Sequence record: NZ_CP064874.1
Origin: a plasmid
Strand: one strand, 5' to 3'
Length of the DNA: 64,000 nucleotides
The translations under genes and the position numbers were made by a program. Below the pieces are notes generated by a model. It ran no database searches, was not told the origin of the DNA, and saw nothing but the letters and a program-made list of their open reading frames with translations. Shown one piece after another: positions 59,916 through 64,000 of this stretch. Every line of letters begins with the position of its first letter. Position 1 is the stretch's first letter.

Positions 59916-60500
59916 TCAGCTGGCTGCGGCGAGCGCGTAGCTGCGTGCCCGCCAGCGGGGGATGCGCACGCGCACGCCGTGGTGGTCGATCACGCGGAGC
60001 ACGTCGCGCCCTTCGACCTCGAAGACGGTCTCCGTGGTGGTCTGCAGCCCTCCTCCGAAGGTGAACGGCTCTGCGAAGCGGATGTGGTCGCCGCGGCGGA
60101 CGCGGGGCTTGGCTTCCTCGAGCTCGAGGTTCGCCCAGCAGGCGGCGCGCCACTGGTTGGCGTACTCGTGGTCGGTCGGGGTGAGGGCCTCGAGCACCCG
60201 GCGGGGTGCGTGGACTGCGCCGGGGCCGACCGTCTCGTCCATGTCCTTGTACGTGAAGTTGTAGTAGCTGGACGGGGCGACGGAGTAGAGCACGACGAAC
60301 GCGAAGACCTCCCCGGCGTGGGGGTGGCCGTCGTTGTAGCGCACCGCGGCGTAGAACTCGTAGGGCCAGTCGTAGCTCCCGCCGATGTAGTCGGGGTCGC
60401 GGCGGGTGCCGCTGGCGATGATCGTGGCGTTGGTGAAGTAGTCCGCGAAGTAGTCGCTGACGCTGACGCCGGCCGTCTTGTGAGTGGATGTGGCACCCAT
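59916..60500 (-). CDS. hypothetical protein (194 aa)
   Basis: RBS GAGGAGGA; palindrome 6 upstream. Confidence 0.5.
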   Translation of the reverse strand: MGATSTHKTAGVSVSDYFADYFTNATIIASGTRRDPDYIGGSYDWPYEFYAAVRYNDGHPHAGEVFAFVVLYSVAPSSYYNFTYKDMDETVGPGAVHAPRRVLEALTPTDHEYANQWRAACWANLELEEAKPRVRRGDHIRFAEPFTFGGGLQTTTETVFEVEGRDVLRVIDHHGVRVRIPRWRARSYALAAAS

Positions 60501-60520
60501 GGTGTCCTCCTCGGTTGCTA

Positions 60521-60537
60521 GTGAATGTGACATTCAC
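60521..60537 (-). promoter_or_regulatory. palindromic operator copy 6 with TGTCGGAG-N8-TAGCCT promoter
   Basis: Upstream of ATG 60500. Confidence 0.6.
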
Positions 60538-60639
60538 AGGCTAAGGGAGGCCTCCGACATCGCCGACGTGACAGCAACAACGACGGCGGCGGGATGGCGA
60601 GCGCGAGCGCGGGGCCGAGCTCGGGGGAGAGCGAAGGGG

Positions 60640-61284
60640 CTACCAGGCCTCGGGGTCAAGAAGTTCGTCAGCGACATCGACGAAGTAGTCGTCGTCTTCA
60701 CTCCATGCGTAGAGGCCCTCGAAGACCACGCCGATTGCAAACGTCATCACGACGAGTCCGCCCCAACGGCCGATGAACTCCGAGTAGGAGTCGAAAGCTC
60801 TGTGCTCTCTGGCTCGCTCGAAGATCTCGTACATGATCTTGCTTGACTCCTCGTCCCAGCGTTCGGTGAAGGATGGGCGCGCGATTGCCCCGGTGAGAAC
60901 CTCGTCCTCGAACCAGGAATCCAGGAGGCTGAGCGTCGTCCCGATGATCTGCGCGGGGGTTGGTTCTTCGTCGGGGGTCATCCCGGTGAGGAAGTCGGAG
61001 AAGTCTTCGTAGTCGGCCTCCCACAAGTACTCTGCAGCGAGCCGTATCGCGCGGAACGCCTCTTTTCGAGCCTCACCTGTAGGCACCGCCATGATGAAGT
61101 TGTGACGTTGGATCGCCACCTGTAGGCCATCGTTGATCTCGTCGATTGTGTAGGCCTTGCCGCTGTCGAGGTCGATGTCACTTTCGAGAAGCAGCGGCTT
61201 GAGCTGCTTGAAGAGTTCAGCTGCCAGCCCTGTCTCTACACGCCGCCCGAAACTGTCGCGGCCGCTGCTGTCTACGTTGGGCAT
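60640..61284 (-). CDS. hypothetical protein with C-terminal TM helix
   Basis: 214-aa ORF; no palindrome upstream. Confidence 0.45.
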   Translation of the reverse strand: MPNVDSSGRDSFGRRVETGLAAELFKQLKPLLLESDIDLDSGKAYTIDEINDGLQVAIQRHNFIMAVPTGEARKEAFRAIRLAAEYLWEADYEDFSDFLTGMTPDEEPTPAQIIGTTLSLLDSWFEDEVLTGAIARPSFTERWDEESSKIMYEIFERAREHRAFDSYSEFIGRWGGLVVMTFAIGVVFEGLYAWSEDDDYFVDVADELLDPEAW

Positions 61285-61385
61285 GAACGAGTCTCCTCAT
61301 CAGGCGTCTGTAGCTCAGACCATAGCCGAGGGGTCTGTTGCCCGGAGCCGGGACATCGCCTGTGGTGCCGTGAGACGATGCGTCG

Positions 61386-61892
61386 ATGAAGACGACCCAT
61401 CGCGACGGCGAGGCGGGTGGGCTGCGGATGCCGGCCGTGTGGGATCGGGCCTCGCTCGAGGCGGTCGGGTTCGTGGGGTTCGTTCGATTCGCGGATCTTG
61501 CGGCCGCGAGGGTGCCGACTGAGGCGGGGATCTACGTGGTGCTGCGTCCGGCGGCGACGTCGCCGGAGCTGCTCGAGCTGACGCGAGCGCGGGCGGGATC
61601 CGCCTACCCTTTGGATGACCTCGCGGCTCGGTGGGTGTCGGGGACGCCGGTGCTGTACATCGGCAAGGCAGAGGCGAAAGTGGGCGGGCTGCGCAAGCGG
61701 CTGGGGCAGTTCGCGCGGAAGGGTGCCAGCCACCAGGGCGGGCGTTCGATCTGGCAGCTGGCCGATCAAGACGAGCTGCTCGTTGCGTGGGTGACGACGC
61801 CGGAGGAGTCCGCGGAGGACGTGGAGGTTCGCTACCGCGCCGCGTTCGCTGACGTGTTCGGTCGCTGGCCGTTCGCGAACCGGAAGCGATGA
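61386..61892 (+). CDS. hypothetical protein with weak GIY-YIG/T5orf172-like features
   Basis: GIYVVL...VLYIGKA...LRKRLGQF, but the motif spacing is atypical. Confidence 0.35.
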   Translation: MKTTHRDGEAGGLRMPAVWDRASLEAVGFVGFVRFADLAAARVPTEAGIYVVLRPAATSPELLELTRARAGSAYPLDDLAARWVSGTPVLYIGKAEAKVGGLRKRLGQFARKGASHQGGRSIWQLADQDELLVAWVTTPEESAEDVEVRYRAAFADVFGRWPFANRKR

Positions 61893-61965
61893 GGGCAGGC
61901 GGTTGATGAGAGGGGTTTCGCCGGGGATCTAGGTTGCTACCGCGGGCCTGTGTACGCTCTCGGCC

Positions 61966-62550
61966 ATGAGGGCAGACAGGTTTGAGGACGTGGAACTTGG
62001 CGCGTTTGAGCGCTTCTATGACGAGCGACCCTTCGAGGGGCGCAGCTATCCCGGCCCATACTTCGAGACCGAGATCGCGTCGGGCATGAAGCGCGGGTTA
62101 GCGGTGTCCGTGGAGGGGCCTACGGTCGATGACGCGCGGGCGCTCATGGATCAGGTGAGGGCCATTATCGCCCGCCCGCTGCCCACCCACGAGATGTACT
62201 CTGCGCTGCTCGAGACATTCCCCAAGGCGTTCCCCTGGAATACCCCAAGACAGATGAGCTATGCCGTCACGCCGAGTGCCATTTGCGTCGGAAGGGAGGG
62301 AGACTACTCAGTCCACTTCGACGTCGACTCGGAAGACGACACTCAAGTCGACTATTGGCCTGTCGTGTGGCTTGACCGTGACGGCAACATTCTGAGCGCT
62401 CACGCCGATGGCGGACGTGGCGAATATCCCGGAGGTCGGGACTACACCCTCCCGGAGGCGACCGAGGCGTTGGTGCGATCCTGGCCGTCGAAGAACATTT
62501 GGGCAGAGGACATCGCGACCCGTCTGGACAAACTGGACGGGCTGGGCTGA
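61966..62550 (+). CDS. hypothetical protein
   Basis: 194-aa ORF with coding bias. Confidence 0.4.
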   Translation: MRADRFEDVELGAFERFYDERPFEGRSYPGPYFETEIASGMKRGLAVSVEGPTVDDARALMDQVRAIIARPLPTHEMYSALLETFPKAFPWNTPRQMSYAVTPSAICVGREGDYSVHFDVDSEDDTQVDYWPVVWLDRDGNILSAHADGGRGEYPGGRDYTLPEATEALVRSWPSKNIWAEDIATRLDKLDGLG

Positions 62551-62586
62551 GCCCCGCGTTCGTCGACGGGGCCCAGCGCGGCGGTG

Positions 62587-62952
62587 TCAGCCTCGTGCGG
62601 CTGCCAGCTCAGCGTCGATCCGGCGCCGCTCGCCGCCGGGGTGAGTGCTGCCCAGCAGCACGACGCGGCGATCCCATGCGACCTCACCCGTGAGCGAGTC
62701 GACCCAGTCGGTGACGTCGGCGCGCTGCGCCTCGGTCAGCTGGTCGACGGCCAGGCCGGGCAGGATCGTATCGGGCAGGGTGAGGGTCTTGCGCAGGTAC
62801 TCGAAGTCAACCTCGTTGCGCCAGGCGCGCTCCGACTCGATGAACCGGTCGATCTGCGCGTTGTCGGGGTGCCACTGGCATCCGCCGATGCAGGCCTCCT
62901 CGGGGTCGACGGACTGAAACCAGACGGCGTGTACGGTGCGGTTGGTGGTCAT
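62587..62952 (-). CDS. hypothetical protein (121 aa)
   Basis: Palindrome 7 upstream; RBS GGGAGGA. Confidence 0.5.
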   Translation of the reverse strand: MTTNRTVHAVWFQSVDPEEACIGGCQWHPDNAQIDRFIESERAWRNEVDFEYLRKTLTLPDTILPGLAVDQLTEAQRADVTDWVDSLTGEVAWDRRVVLLGSTHPGGERRRIDAELAAARG

Positions 62953-62972
62953 GGCATCCTCCCGGATTGCTA

Positions 62973-62989
62973 GTGAATGTGACATTCAT
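62973..62989 (-). promoter_or_regulatory. palindromic operator copy 7 (..CAT variant) with TGTCGGAG-N8-TAGCCT promoter
   Basis: Upstream of ATG 62952. Confidence 0.6.
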
Positions 62990-63033
62990 AGGCTACGGGG
63001 GGCCTCCGACATTGGCAGCGGCGAGCGCCGCGA

Positions 63034-63064
63034 GGGGCGGGGCGGGCGGTGTGCCCGCCCCGCC
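63034..63064 (-). terminator. GC-rich hairpin downstream of gene 63073..63588
   Basis: GGGGCGGGGCGGGC-GGTGT-GCCCGCCCCGCC. Confidence 0.5.
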
Positions 63065-63072
63065 GGGTTGGG

Positions 63073-63588
63073 TTACTCGCGCTCCCAGTCGGTGACTTCC
63101 GCGTCGATCGAGTCGGCGACGTAGTTGTCGGATCGGAGCGACTCGATCACGTCTTCGACGGTGTACGCCTCGATCGCGAGGTCTTCCGCTTCGTCCGACG
63201 TGCGGGCGGTGACCGAGACGGTAACGCGCTGGGTCAGTGTGACGGAGAGGGTCACCCGGAAGTCGCGCTCGCGCGGGGTGCCGCCGATCGCTTCCACGAG
63301 CCGGTCGTACTCGGAGCAGAAGCCCTCATCGTTGGCGATCTGCTCACCCTTCTCCCAGATCGCCGCGAGCCGGTCGTCGGCGGCGTCGGTGATCGGCAGT
63401 CGCAGCCTGTCGATCTCGCGCTGCTGCCGTTCGACGGTCAGCGCGAGATCCGCGGCCTGCGCCTGGGCGGCGACGAGATCGGCCTGCGTGCGGGCCATCT
63501 CCCCGACGTAGGCGCCGCGCCGCTCGGTGACCGGGGCGGGCATGTCGAGCTGGCCCTGAGCGAACTCGATGTTGGTGGTGGTTGCCAT
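63073..63588 (-). CDS. hypothetical protein (171 aa)
   Basis: RBS AGGAGGA; palindrome 8 upstream; terminator hairpin downstream at 63034-63064. Confidence 0.5.
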   Translation of the reverse strand: MATTTNIEFAQGQLDMPAPVTERRGAYVGEMARTQADLVAAQAQAADLALTVERQQREIDRLRLPITDAADDRLAAIWEKGEQIANDEGFCSEYDRLVEAIGGTPRERDFRVTLSVTLTQRVTVSVTARTSDEAEDLAIEAYTVEDVIESLRSDNYVADSIDAEVTDWERE

Positions 63589-63612
63589 GGTGTCCTCCTT
63601 GGAACGTAGGCG

Positions 63613-63629
63613 GTGAATGTGACATTCAC
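63613..63629 (-). promoter_or_regulatory. palindromic operator copy 8 with TGTCGGAG-N8-TAGCCT promoter
   Basis: Upstream of ATG 63588. Confidence 0.6.
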
Positions 63630-63661
63630 AGGCTACGGGGGGCCTCCGACATTGCTGCGGC

Positions 63662-63691
63662 GAGCGCGGCAGTGCCCCGCCGGTAGATCCC
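63662..63691 (-). terminator. GC-rich hairpin (12-bp perfect stem, 6-nt loop)
   Basis: GTGCCCCGCCGG-TAGATC-CCGGCGGGGCAC, 20 bp downstream of the stop of 63712..63951. No U-tract, so an I-shaped actinobacterial-style terminator. Confidence 0.5.
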
Positions 63692-63711
63692 GGCGGGGCA
63701 CTGGGGGAGGT

Positions 63712-63951
63712 TCAGCTGGCGGGTGGTGTGAGTGCCGCGAGGAGTGCTCTGAGGGCGTCCACAGCCCCGTCACGGGCCTCGAAGACGGCATCCATGGTAT
63801 CGGCCTCTGTGGAGCGCTCGGCCTCCTCGATCGCCGCCTGTGCGGCGCCGGTCAGCTCGCGCAGGCGGGCGGTGTCTGCGGCGAGCGCGAGGGGTGCTCC
63901 GTGCTCGGTGATGTGCAGCGTCCATCCGTCGCCGGTCGGGGTCGCCCACAC
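63712..63951 (-). CDS. hypothetical protein (79 aa)
   Basis: ORF followed by a perfect 12-bp-stem hairpin at 63662-63691. Confidence 0.4.
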   Translation of the reverse strand: MWATPTGDGWTLHITEHGAPLALAADTARLRELTGAAQAAIEEAERSTEADTMDAVFEARDGAVDALRALLAALTPPAS

Positions 63952-64000
63952 GGTGGCGATCGCCTGTCCTTCGGCGTTGTCGAAGTCGACCTTGCCGAAG

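Noticed and set aside
61386-61892. Confident GIY-YIG nuclease call
   Set aside because: The GIY and YIG motifs are ~45 residues apart instead of ~10, so I kept only a weak T5orf172-like note.
52474-63629. ORFs beginning MNVTFT... / MSHSL... (e.g. 52474..52812, 57440..57643, 59833..60537, 62807..62989, 63438..63629)
   Set aside because: Their N-termini are simply the palindrome GTGAATGTCACATTCAC read as GTG-AAT-GTC-ACA-TTC. The real starts are the downstream ATGs with GGAGGA ribosome-binding sites.
52796-63629. Palindrome as a CRP/GlxR site (TGTGA..TCACA) or LexA Cheo box
   Set aside because: TGTGA and TCACA are separated by 3 bp, not 6. There is no GAAC-N4-GTTC. It more likely belongs to an element-specific repressor.
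1-64000. CRISPR arrays, rRNA, tRNA attachment sites
   Set aside because: No regularly spaced direct repeats with unique spacers. No GTTCGAATCC-type T-loop or cloverleaf was found near the island boundaries on manual inspection; a proper tRNA scan was not possible.

Overview
High-GC (~70%) actinobacterial accessory DNA, plasmid- or genomic-island-like. It is a mosaic of insertion sequences, gene fragments and two blocks of unrecognisable genes, interspersed with ordinary metabolic genes.

Mobile elements: two ISL3 copies in direct orientation (1..1126, cut by the window edge, and ~20875..22255). Two different IS5/IS427-group elements sharing near-identical terminal inverted repeats; one of them (1155..2469) carries an extra thioredoxin-fold passenger ORF. 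One IS481-family and one IS3-family element.

Recombinase module and cargo: a probably tricistronic module (tyrosine recombinase 405 aa, XRE HTH, 657-aa recombinase with seven Zn-ribbon repeats; 9609..12990) sits beside resistance-like cargo (Cmx-like MFS, ABC-F ATPase, second MFS).

Toxin-antitoxin and defence-like genes: HicAB preceded by an HExxH Zn-protein gene; AbiEi/AbiEii.

Many pseudogenes and fragments: SDR x2, Lsr2 C-terminal domain, RpiR, GntR, ADH, AMP-ligase, ABC permease, a sugar-binding protein fragment and an Eco57I-like methyltransferase.

An aromatic-degradation cluster (IclR, AKR, ferredoxin reductase, ferredoxin, Rieske dioxygenase alpha/beta, class II aldolase, alpha/beta hydrolases).

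Island 1 (~30.3-38.9 kb): overlapping-start operons of unknown proteins, including a 542-aa protein that may be a replication initiator, HTH proteins, two RHH-like paralogues and a secreted DUF1524/HNH-like nuclease, all under a recurring AT-rich operator (GGTTATATTC..GAATATAACC).

Island 2 (~49.8 kb to the window end), the most striking region: at least 25 small unannotatable genes, including Zn-ribbon, DnaJ-type zinc-finger and RE-rich repeat proteins. Eight of them are each preceded by the same 17-bp palindrome GTGAATGTGACATTCAC placed between a conserved promoter (TGTCSGAS-N8-TANNNT, similar to the PafBC/RecA-NDp motif) and the RBS, with GC-rich terminator hairpins between units; four further genes use a second conserved promoter (TGTCCGCGAA-N12-CGGCCTATACCC).

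No rRNA or CRISPR arrays, and no tRNA in the regions inspected by eye.
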